Source of the DNA: Eledone cirrhosa
Taxonomy: Eukaryota
Reading direction: 5' to 3'
Length of the DNA stretch: 64,000 nt
Assembly (NCBI GenBank): GCA_964016885.1
Contig: OZ024742.1
Coordinates: forward strand, 26,536,001-26,600,000
Shown: in pieces, positions 54,201 to 64,000 of the stretch
Layout of the letters: each line of letters starts with the position of its first letter
How positions within the stretch are numbered: position 1 is the first letter of the stretch
Position numbers and translations under genes: made by a program
The notes under the pieces: generated by a model
The model's input: the letters and a program-made list of their open reading frames with translations, nothing else
Databases searched by the model: none
Told to the model about the DNA's origin: nothing

Positions 54201-56133
54201 GGACGAACAGAAAGGATGCCGAAAGAAGTCACGTGGTACAAAGGACCAGTTGCTTATTGATAAGATGGTAATGGGGAATTGCAGGAGGAGGCACACTGAT
54301 CTTGCCATGGGATGGATAGACTACAGAAAGGCATTTGACATGGTGCCTCATTCCTGGATCACCAAAAGCCTGGAGATCTTCAGGGTGGCAGATAACATCA
54401 GACAGTTGCTGGGCAGGAGTATGGGGTCCTGGGAGACAGAGTTGACATCAACTGGAGTATCCTTGGGAAGCGTGAAGATCAAGAGAGGTATCTTCCAGGG
54501 AGATAGCCTGTCCCCTCTGTTGTTTGTCCTTGCCCTGATGCCCTTGACCATTATGCTGCGAAAAGTGAGAGCAGGATACAAGTTGGGAAGGGGAGAGCTT
54601 ACCATCAATCACCTCCTCTTCATGGACGATCTTAAGCTCTTCGGGAAAAGAGAGAAGGAGTTGGATGTGCTTGTTGACACTGTCCGTATTTTCAGCAGTG
54701 ATATATGTATGCAGTTTGGTATTGGTAAATGTGGAGTCATTGTGATGAGGAGGGGTAGGTTGAGCAGAAGTAACGGGATCCAGATACCAACAGGTGAGAT
54801 GATAAAGGAAATTGACTCTGAGGAAGGATACAAGTATTTGGGCGTTCTGGAGGCTGATGGCATAAAGAACAAAAAAATGAAGGAATTGTTAAGAACTGAA
54901 TACATTCGGAGAGTAAGGAGCGTATTGAAGTCACATCTGAACAGCAGAAATGCCAATAAGCGCAGTAAATTCCCGAGCTGTGTCTATTATTAGGTACAGT
55001 GCGGGAATCCTGAGATGGAATGTTGCTGAACAAAAAGAAATGGATAGGAAGACTAGGAAGCTATTGACTATCTACAACATGTTCCACAAGAGGAGTGATG
55101 TCGATAGACTCTACCTAAGGAGATCTGAGGGTGGAAGAGGTCTTATCAGCATAGAGGACTGTGTTCAGATGGAGAAAAACAACCTATACAAATACGTGAC
55201 CTATAGTAAGGAGCCAATGCTCAGAGCTGTACTGAAGGAGGGGACAGTAGGCCAGGGGATACCCAAGGAGGAAATAACATCAAGGAGGAAGAGCAGCCGT
55301 AAGGGAAAATCCCTTCATAGTACCTTCTTTGAGAAAACTGAATTTAGAGATCCACAGACATGGAACTGGTTGAGAAGTGGAGACCTCAAAAAGGCTACAG
55401 AAGGAATGCTAATGGCTGCGCAGGAGCAGGCCCTCAAAACGAAGTGGTTGAAGCACCATATCTACAAGGAGGAGGCTAGCCCACTGTGCAGGATCTGTGG
55501 AGAGAGAGAGGAGACTGTGGCTCACATTGTGTCCGAGTGTAAACACCTAGCCCAGACCCACTATAAGGGCTGGAGACACGATGTGATGGGCAGGGTGATC
55601 CACTGGCACCTGTGCAAAGTAAACAATCTACCACATTCTGAGAAATGGTATGAGCATAGGCCAGAGGCGGTGATGGAGAACAGTCAGGTGAAGGTGCTGT
55701 GGGATTTTAGGATACAGACGGACAAAAAACTGGAACACAATAGACCTGACCTGGTGGTTGTGGACAAAGAAAAAAGATCGTGCCTGATTGTGGATGTGGC
55801 CTGCCCGTTCGACACGAGAGTGCAAGAGAAGGAGAGGGAGAAAATTAACCGATACCAGGACCTAAAGTGGGAGGTGAAAAGGATTTGGAACTGCCATGAA
55901 GTCAAAGTGATCCCGATTGTCATAGGCGCACTGGGGACTATCTCCAAAGGTTTCCAGGGATGGTTAAAGAAAATCGGCCCCTTCACGCTTTTTGGAACGC
56001 TTCAAAAGGCATGCTTGCTTGGAACGGCAAGAACCCTCCGATACGTCCTGAATATCTGAGGCTGCAGGTAGTGGCTTGATATTCAATCCAATGGACTTTC
56101 CAGTTAACCAACATCAATGACTGAGATTCAAGG
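51293..56133 (+). mobile_element. R4/Dong RLE retrotransposon, family R4-B, full length, in (TAA)n
   Basis: (TAA)n at 51224-51292 and 56134-56190; leader with ~320 bp tandem duplication; RT-RLE ORF. Confidence 0.93.
52666..56059 (+). CDS. R4-B polyprotein (RT, CCHC knuckle, restriction-like endonuclease), single +1 frameshift near 54955
   Basis: WKSPGPDG, NYRPITCL, DYRKAFD, GIFQGDSLSPLLF, FMDD, CRIC..ET..HI.S.C, RHD, RPD..D..K..Y.DL; the copy at 56338 lacks the extra A. Confidence 0.92.
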
Positions 56134-56145
56134 AATAACAATAAC

Positions 56146-56190
<45 letters not shown>

Positions 56191-56192
<2 letters not shown>

Positions 56193-57521
56193 GGAAATTG
56201 ACTCTGAGGAAGGATACAAGTATTTGGGCGTTCTGGAGGCTGATGGCATAAAGAACAAAAAAATGAAGGAATTGTTAAGAACTGAATACATTCGGAGAGT
56301 AAGGAGCGTATTGAAGTCACATCTGAACAGCAGAAATGCCATAAGCGCAGTAAATTCTCGAGCTGTGTCTATTATTAGGTACAGTGCGGGAATTCTGAGA
56401 TGGAATGTTGCTGAACAGAAAGAAATGGATAGGAAGACTAGGAAGCTATTGACTATCTACAACATGTTCCACAAGAGGAGTGATGTCGATAGACTCTACC
56501 TAAGGAGATCTGAGGGTGGAAGAGGTCTTATCAGCATAGAGGACTGTGTTCAGATGGAGAAAAACAACCTATACAAATACGTGACCTATAGTAAGGAACC
56601 AATGCTCAGAGCTGTACTGAAGGAGGGGACAGTAGGCCAGGGGATGTCCAGGGAGGAAATAACATCAAGGAGGAAGAGCAGCCTTAAGGGAAAACCCCTT
56701 CATGGTACGTTCTTTGAGAAAACTGAATTTAGAGATCCACAGACATGGAACTGGTTGAGAAGAGGAGACCTCAAAAAGGCTACAGAAGGAATGCTAATGG
56801 CTGCGCAGGAGCAGGCCCTCAAAACGGAGTGGTTGAAGCACCATATCTACAAGGAGGAGGCCAGCCCGCTGTGCAGGATCTGTGGAGAGAGAGAGAGGAG
56901 ACTGTGGCTCACATTGTGTCCGAGTGTAAACACCTAGCCCAGACCCACTATAAGGGCTGGAGACACGATGTGATGGGCAGGGTGATCCACTGGCACCTGT
57001 GCAAAGTAAACAATCTACCACATTCTGAGAAATGGTATGAGCATAGGCCAGAGGCGGTGATGGAGAACAATCAGGTGAAGGTGCTGTGGGATTTTAGGAT
57101 ACAGACGGACAAAAAACTGGAATACAATAGACCTGACCTGGTGGTTGTGGACAAAGAAAAAAGATCGTGCCTGATTGTGGATGTGGCCTGCCCGTTCGAC
57201 ACGAGAGTGCTGGGAGAAGGAGAGGGAGAAAATTAACCGATACCAGGACCTAAAGTGGGAGGTGAAAAGGATTTGGAACTGCCATGAAGTCAAAGTGATC
57301 CCGATTGTCATAGGCGCACTGGGGACTATCTCCAAAAGTTTCCAGGGGTGGTTAAAGAAAATCGGCCCCTTCACGCTTTTTGGAACGCTTCAAAAGGCAT
57401 GCTTGCTTGGAACAGCAAGAACCCTCCGATACGTCCTGAATATCTGAGGCTGCAGGTAGTGGCTTGATATTCAATCCAACGGACTTTCTAGTTAACCAAC
57501 ATCAATGACTGAGATTCAAGG
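56191..57521 (+). mobile_element. 5'-truncated R4-B copy
   Basis: Near-identical to 54805-56133; flanked by (TAA)n. Confidence 0.93.
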
Positions 57522-57560
57522 AATAACAATAACAATAATAATAATAATAATAATAATAAT

Positions 57561-59108
57561 GAAGAGTTCAGACATTAATCTTGATCGGGGGAACGTGATA
57601 AGAGAACTTGATCAAGAAAAAACTTACAAATATCTAGGTGTTTGTGAAGGAGACGGAATCAAGCACTCGACAATGAGGGAAAGGATAAGGAAGGAATGTT
57701 ACCGCAGAGTAAGAGCAATCTTAAGAACGGAATTGAATGCAAGGAAAAGGATCGATGCCATAAACACGCTTGCCATACCAGTAGTAACCTACAGTTACAA
57801 TGTCATCAACTGGTCAAGCACAGAGATCCGTAGGCTCGATACAAAAATTCGAAAATTCTTAACCATGCACAGAATGCATCACCCTAAGGCAGATATAGAT
57901 AGAATATATCTCCCTAGGAAAGAAGGAGGACGTGGGTTAGTCCAGTTAGACATTGCGTTGAAAACTGCAACAATTGGATTATCTACATATCTAAGGGAAT
58001 CACATGATTGGATGATCAAACTCGTTTTGAAACACGAAAGCATCAAAAGATCATATTCTATTTCAAAAGATGCAAAGATACAGTAATGGACTACAAATTT
58101 CAGAAGTCCCATTTACTGCTGAAATGGAAAACACAGAAAAAGCAAAGCAGGTAAAAGTAACTGCAAAGAAAGAACTGCTACACAAACTGGCTAAGAAATG
58201 GCAAGAAAAGCCTCTGTATGGAAAATATCCAGAACGAGTTAACAATCCTGATGTTGACAAAACTTTAACCCATCAGTGGTTGGCATCCTCTGGACTGAAA
58301 TCGCAGACTGAAGGACTGATTATATCAGCACAAGATCAGTGTCTGCCAACAAAAAATTACCAAGCCAACATAATAAAAAATGGATGCAGCCCATTATGCC
58401 GTGTATGCAAAAAAACAACCAGAGACCATTGACCATATAATTTCAATGTGCAGTCCTATAGCTCCAACCGAATACCTAAACAGGCATGACAGAGCTGCAC
58501 AATACATACATTGGATAATGTGTAAGCATTTTGACCTGCCCCATCAAAAGAATTGGTGGGAGCATCAACCACCTCCCATACTTGAAAAAGATCACATCTC
58601 AATCTTGTGGAACTTTAGCATCCAAACAGACCGAAAAATAGATGCAAATAGACCTGATATAATATTGAAGGACTTTAAAAAGAGGGTATGCCTGCTAATT
58701 GATATGTCCGTTCCAATAGACAAGAATGTATCTATAAAAACATTTGAAAAATTGAGCAAGTATAAGGACCTGGAGATAGAAATTGGAAAAATGTGGAAAT
58801 TGAGAACTAAAACAATACCAGTGGTTGTGGGCCTCTGGGAATGATTACCTAAGTGGTCTAATTATTACTTATCGCAAATCCCAGGAAACCCGCGTATAGG
58901 AGAAATACAAAAGATAGTACTAATGGGAACTGCCCATATACTAAGGAAGATTCTGTCAATATAAGTACATCACAAGTCTAAACACTAAAGATGCATGTGC
59001 GAGTATGTATATTCTTTCTTGAACATGACGGACCTTGTTGTCTCTTGAGGTCACTGGTTGTGACTTGGTGATAACTCGTATGAACATAAATAAAGATAAA
59101 TGCAACTG
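57561..59108 (+). mobile_element. 5'-truncated R4-A copy
   Basis: Near-identical to 24567-26114; flanked by (TAA)n. Confidence 0.93.
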
Positions 59109-59130
59109 TAATAATAATAATAATAATAAT

Positions 59131-59413
59131 CTCTGCAGGAAGTGCAAAAAATTGTTTTAACTGGTACTGCACACGTGTTGAGAAGAACACTATCTCTGTA
59201 TGATGGATATCCATCCTTGTATTTACATATGCATATGCACATGCGTATATATCTATACTGTTTTTTTTGTTTTTTTTTAAATTATAATCAATGTGCTGTA
59301 TTAACTGGCTTAACAATGCACACTGTGAATTTATTTGCTCTAGGTGTCAGGAAGACACTCGGCATATATCTCAGAAACAATAATGAAAGAAAATAAAAAT
59401 GATAATAATAATA
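59131..59413 (+). mobile_element. 3' tip of a third R4/Dong family (R4-C)
   Basis: LQEVQKIVLTGTAHVLRRTLSL is homologous to R4-A IGEIQKIVLMGTAHILRKILSI; distinct 3' UTR ending in short (AAT)n. Confidence 0.75.
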
Positions 59414-59594
59414 AAAATGAAAATAAAAGGGGAAGAAAAAATAATTCTCACATACATGTTCATTCAAAGAGCCTTCATTTCTCTGTCCAAGTTACTCTGC
59501 TTATAGCTTGGTTGTGACTGGTATATATATATATATATACATATATAAATATAGCCGTCGAAACGGCTTCAGCTCTGCCGAATGTGTCATATTT

Positions 59595-59664
<70 letters not shown>

Positions 59665-59726
59665 TTATATATTTATATAGTTCATTTTGCATCAGTTTTG
59701 TTTTTCCTTTAAATATTTTGAAATAG

Positions 59727-59846
59727 AGTCAGAAAATTGCCAATATCTTGACATTGAAACTCCACTGATTACTGATTCTGCAGTGATTGCTATGATGTCT
59801 CAAGTGAACAATGTAATTATTGGAACTCATACTGTGATAGCAAATG
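59727..59846 (+). pseudogene. EIF2B2: Orphan exon resembling translation initiation factor eIF2B beta subunit
   Basis: IETPLITDSAVIAMMSQVNNVIIGTHTVIANG resembles the eIF2B-beta segment [32 protein letters not shown] (recalled, not searched); upstream AG, downstream G/GCAAGT. Confidence 0.7.
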
Positions 59847-60059
59847 GCAAGTTAGTACAGTTACTATTTTCTCTCTCATAATGAATTCTTCTATTCCTTT
59901 ACTGGTTTCAGTCATTAGAGTGCAATCATGCTGTGGCAGCAAATTAAATGAATTTCGACAATCATATCGACCCCTTCTGGTACTTATTTCATTGACTTGA
60001 TTTTGTTGAAGTGCAAATTTATTGAATATAGATACTGACACGTATACACATATATATAT

Positions 60060-60215
60060 AGGCCGGGTGTCTGGAGTTTCTGTCTATCAAATTGTACTCC
60101 AAAATATTGGTCAACCAAGGCTATATTAGAAGACACTTGCCCAAAGTGCCACAGAGTGTGACTGAACCTGAAGCCATGTATTACAAAATGAATTCCTTAG
60201 CCACATTTCCAAATG
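60060..60215 (-). mobile_element. Degenerate SINE of a second family
   Basis: Minus strand ggttcagtcacactctgtggcactttgggcaagtgtcttct: tRNA-like head plus conserved body. Confidence 0.6.
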
Positions 60216-60239
60216 TTATGGGGAGAAGAAAGTCGAATA

Positions 60240-60590
60240 TATCAACCACAGTACATGGCTGCTACTTTATTTTATCGACCTTGAATAAAAGGCAAAATTG
60301 ACTTTGGCAGAATTTAAACTCAGAATGTACTAAACTGGTACAAATAGAGTAAAGCATTTGTTTGTCACTCTAATGACTCTTCAAATCCAAATCCTCTCCC
60401 CTATATAATGGCATTAGTAAATATAATTTTTTCTACTTTTGACGTAAGGCCAACAATTACTCCAGTGCATTACTGGTACATTATTTCATCGAGTCCATAA
60501 GGATGAAAGGCAAAGTGAATTCAGACCACAAAGGGCCATAACTCTATACAAAAAAGCTTGGCGTCCAGCCCTCCACCGATTCTGCCAGTA
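60240..60590 (-). mobile_element. Two degenerate SINE copies (family of 48248)
   Basis: tactttattttatcgacc..aaaggcaaa..tttaaactcag and actggtac..ggatgaaaggcaaag motifs. Confidence 0.65.
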
Positions 60591-60772
60591 AATATGATGA
60601 TGCCGTATAAACAAAACAAAACAAAAGAAAAAAAAGAAAATGAAAGACATACTGGGAAAGAAATATACAAAATTGTGAAAAGAATATTAAAATCCTCTCA
60701 AATAGTAGAAATATAATCACAACTATCAACTCAGTTGCTGTTTTTTACCATTTGATATCAGTGTAAGTATCA

Positions 60773-60987
60773 TTAACCAAGTAGCATTTACATTACACTA
60801 TATATACAAGTGTATTGTCATGGTAAAGGCTTTATCTCACATAATATTGAATCTATGAGATTTTGATATTATTTATTTTGAGAACAATAACTTAATATCA
60901 GTATGAGTGACTAGTTACGGCCAATTTGAACAGAAAGATGTGAGATAATTCTGGCTAGATATAGCTGGTTTAAATGCTAAAGGGCTA
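60773..60987. mobile_element. MITE copy (family of 47154), opposite orientation
   Basis: ttaaccaagtagcattt ... aaatgctaaaggg; reverse-complement internal match. Confidence 0.65.
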
Positions 60988-61379
60988 TTCCTTTCTATTC
61001 TATGTTACTAATGAAATATACTACCGAAGGTTTTAAATTAATTTAAAATATGAATAAATAAATTTGGCGGGATTTACTTATGTCACCAACTATCTTGTTA
61101 TTAAATTGGTGTTTAGATCATAAGGAAAGGTTCTTACATAAAATGATATTTGAAGGTTTACATTTAAATATGAACTCTTAAAAACAAACAGTTTTCCATC
61201 ACAGAAACAAGGATAGTTTCAGGCAAGTTTGTAGCAAGAGAATTAACTAGGACACTCAAGAACTACAAGATAGTCTACATGTGTTTGTACGTGTGTTTGT
61301 ACAATGACAGAGGCTGAAAGAGTTGTGCCTTTCTTTACACGCACAAGAGACATAGATTGGCTGCACACATACATATTAG

Positions 61380-61722
61380 TATGGTATGGTCCCAGACATC
61401 TTGATAGAGTCATAGGGGCACCACATTGATATACAGCGTTTCTTGGGTATTTTAAGCCCAGTGGAGCTCATCCATATCCAGGTCTGATTACAGCAAATTT
61501 CTTCCAGAAAAAAATAGAAGGTGAGTGAAAAGAAATGAGGAAAAGATATGGAGGAATAATCACCGACACTCCTAGACTGGTATTTTGTTTATCAACCTTG
61601 AAAGGATGAATAGCAAAGTTGACCTTGGAAGGATTTGGTCTGAGAAAGCTGAGGACGGGAACTAATAACATAAAGCATTCTCTCCGATGTTCTAACGACT
61701 CCGCCAATTTACTACCAATCAC
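61380..61722 (-). mobile_element. SINE with extended 3' segment
   Basis: Reverse-complement similarity to 62525-62870 in both the SINE body and the extension. Confidence 0.65.
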
Positions 61723-61867
61723 TTGTATAATGGTTTAGTTAAAGTAATACATTTTTATGATTTTTTTTTTTTGTGGTTATTGTAAACAACTTTGTTGAGA
61801 GAGAGAGTTAAGACAATGAGAAGTGTCTGAATTCAGGAGAGAGAAAGAGGTAACTAGACAATGAGAT

Positions 61868-61904
<37 letters not shown>

Positions 61905-62524
61905 AGAGAGAGAGGGTTGTTACATGGATGGTATCTGAGAGAGGAAAAAGACAAGAGAAGGAAAGAGAGGGTGGATATAAGGAAATGAAAAATGCCTGTG
62001 GTGGAAGTGAAGGGTGACAGAGAGAGAAAAAAACAACATACAAAGGAAATAGAGACCTCCAGATAAAAACACAATTAACATCCATGAAAAATGTTTTTGA
62101 TTCTGTCTCATCTCAATCATTTCTACCTCTATTGTAGCTCGAAAACAGTTGAAGGTTGCCACATTATTTCTCTTGCTGCTAAATACCATTCGGTACATGT
62201 AAGTGACATATTTATTATTACGTTGAAATAAATGAAATGATTCTAGCATTTTGTTTCCATTCTATAGGACTTGCTGTGTGTATCTAGTTTAGGATCGATA
62301 CATTGTAACTCTACATGTTGTAAGAAGTGACTAAAAGAGATGCTAGGAAGGGCATCTAGCTATAAAACATTGTCTAAAAATGAACCCCATGATGATTAGC
62401 AAGCTTTTGAGGTCAATTTTCCCTGCTAAAGCTTTAGCAGGGAAAATGGCCTTATTATGCTTGTTGTTAATTTTTGTATATTCTATATGACCTATGATTT
62501 TAGCAGTTTTATTAATGAAATATA

Positions 62525-62870
62525 GGCTGTGAATTGACAGAGTCGTTACAACATCGGATAGAATGTTTGATGGTATTCGTTCCGGCTCTCTGCTCTCTGA
62601 GTTCAAGCGCCGCCAGGGTCAACTTTGCCTTTCATCCACTCGAGGTTGATAAAAAAATGTACCAGACTAGTTCTGGGGTTGATTATTCATCTATATCTTT
62701 TTGTCATTTCCTGTCTCTCCCTTTCTATCTTTCACTGGAAGACATCTACTGTACTCAGGCCTAGAGAGGGATGGGCTCCGCCAGGCTTAAAATGCCCAAG
62801 AAACGTTGTATGTTAATATGGTGCCCTTATGAGTCTATCGGGAGTTACGAGACCATATATACATACCATA
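62525..62870 (+). mobile_element. SINE with extended 3' segment
   Basis: ctgagttcaagcgccgccagggtcaactttgcctttcatcc..gtaccag; extension gggctccgccaggcttaaaatgcccaagaaacg shared with 61380-61500. Confidence 0.65.
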
Positions 62871-63489
62871 AATGAACTAAAAGTATAAAAAGAATCATCA
62901 TCATCATCATCATCATTTTCATGTCTCTTTTAACACGTTTCTAGAGATTGTATAAGACTTTGAAAAAAAAGTTTTCTTTCGCAGGATGATTTTCTTGGTG
63001 CCAACTAATGCCTTAAGTACTTTATATGTGCTGCAAGGTAAACTCATTACCGGGAAAAAAAACAACTATTAATGCTTGTTTTTTATAAGCAATGTCAATA
63101 TGTTGTTTGTGACAGAATTATATACACATATACATGTATTATTATCATTAGTTTATGGCAGTTTTTCTTTCCTAGCATGGGTCAGATGACATTGGACATG
63201 CAATAGTTTAAGGAGAATATTAACAGTATCATCTCTTTCATTTAGAAGGTTAGAAAATCAAAGGAGACTGACCCTCCTTCTTCTTCTCCAAGTAGAAGGA
63301 TGGGCACCATCAGCTTTAAAATTGCTCCAGACATATGCTACAATGACACCTCTACAATTCTGTCAGGAATTATGGAATCAGTGATTGTGATGTCACATTG
63401 ATCTACTGTGACCAGGGTGATATATACATACACACATATAGATATATATGCAAATTGGTTGTGGAGGTGCCACGGCAAAATAAAAAAGC

Positions 63490-63610
63490 ACCCAGCATTC
63501 ACTGTAAGCGAGGTTGGTGTTAGGAAGGGCATCCAGCTGTAAAAACAAGCCAGAATCAGTTCCCGTCCTACCCTTGCAAGCAGGGAATAGCAGACGTAAA
63601 ATGATGATTA
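63490..63610 (+). mobile_element. SINE-like repeat 3' part
   Basis: ggttggtgttaggaagggcatccagctgtaaaaa..gacgtaaaatgatgat; related ggaagggcatc motif also at 62346 and, inverted, near 50760. Confidence 0.55.
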
Positions 63611-63720
63611 TATATATATATATACAATACATAAACAGAGAAAGCCTTAAGCGATACTCCGACCAACTCCATCTCACTCAACAAACATTAGGATATACTT
63701 AAGTATCATATATATATAAA

Positions 63721-64000
63721 TTCCCGAGATACATGGACGAGTTCTCACCAGCGGTCTCTGTCCCTCATTATCGCTGCCATGTCCTGCGCCTCTAACAGAC
63801 CAGTGCCTGTCCTTAGGGCATCAATATACGTTAACCTGGGTCTTCTTCTTCCAGTGTGTCCATGTAGGGGCTCTTACCGGAGCACTGAGTGCCATGGGAA
63901 CTCTGGATGTCGGTGAGCATGTTCAGCTAACCTCAGTCTCCCCTGTGTCACTTTTGAGCTGACTTTTGGGAGGCTCCCATACAGCTCTGAGTTTTTCATC
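63721..64000 (-). mobile_element. 3' end of an RTE-clade LINE, truncated by window edge
   Basis: MKNSELYGSLPKVS..RLRLAEHAHRH..EPLHG..RRRPRLTYID..MRDRDRW, typical RTE/BovB C-terminus, with stops. Confidence 0.75.

Overview
AT-rich, microsatellite-laden eukaryotic DNA. The tRNA-like SINE families and repeat landscape resemble octopus or another cephalopod (inference). The window is almost entirely a nest of retroelements sorted by microsatellite type. (1) Penelope-like elements (one Neptune-type, several Naiad-type GIY-YIG) and their pseudo-LTRs abut (TA)n and carry at least four families of minimal type I hammerhead ribozymes, including a 460-466 bp tandem retrozyme-like array. (2) Three divergent Tx1/L1-clade LINEs are present, two in tandem at (ATT)n, plus a 3' fragment. 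(3) Two tandem arrays of R4/Dong RLE-type retrotransposons from three families sit in (TAA)n; one array lies inside a Penelope pseudo-LTR. Also present: a Chapaev3-like DNA transposon with TIRs and a TAA TSD, TTAA-flanked MITEs, SINEs, an RTE fragment and one orphan eIF2B-beta-like exon. The most unusual signal is a 5' leader shared by two divergent R4/Dong families whose first ~110 nt also align colinearly with the 5' end of a Tx1 element from a different clade. No intact host gene, rRNA, tRNA or CRISPR array is supported.
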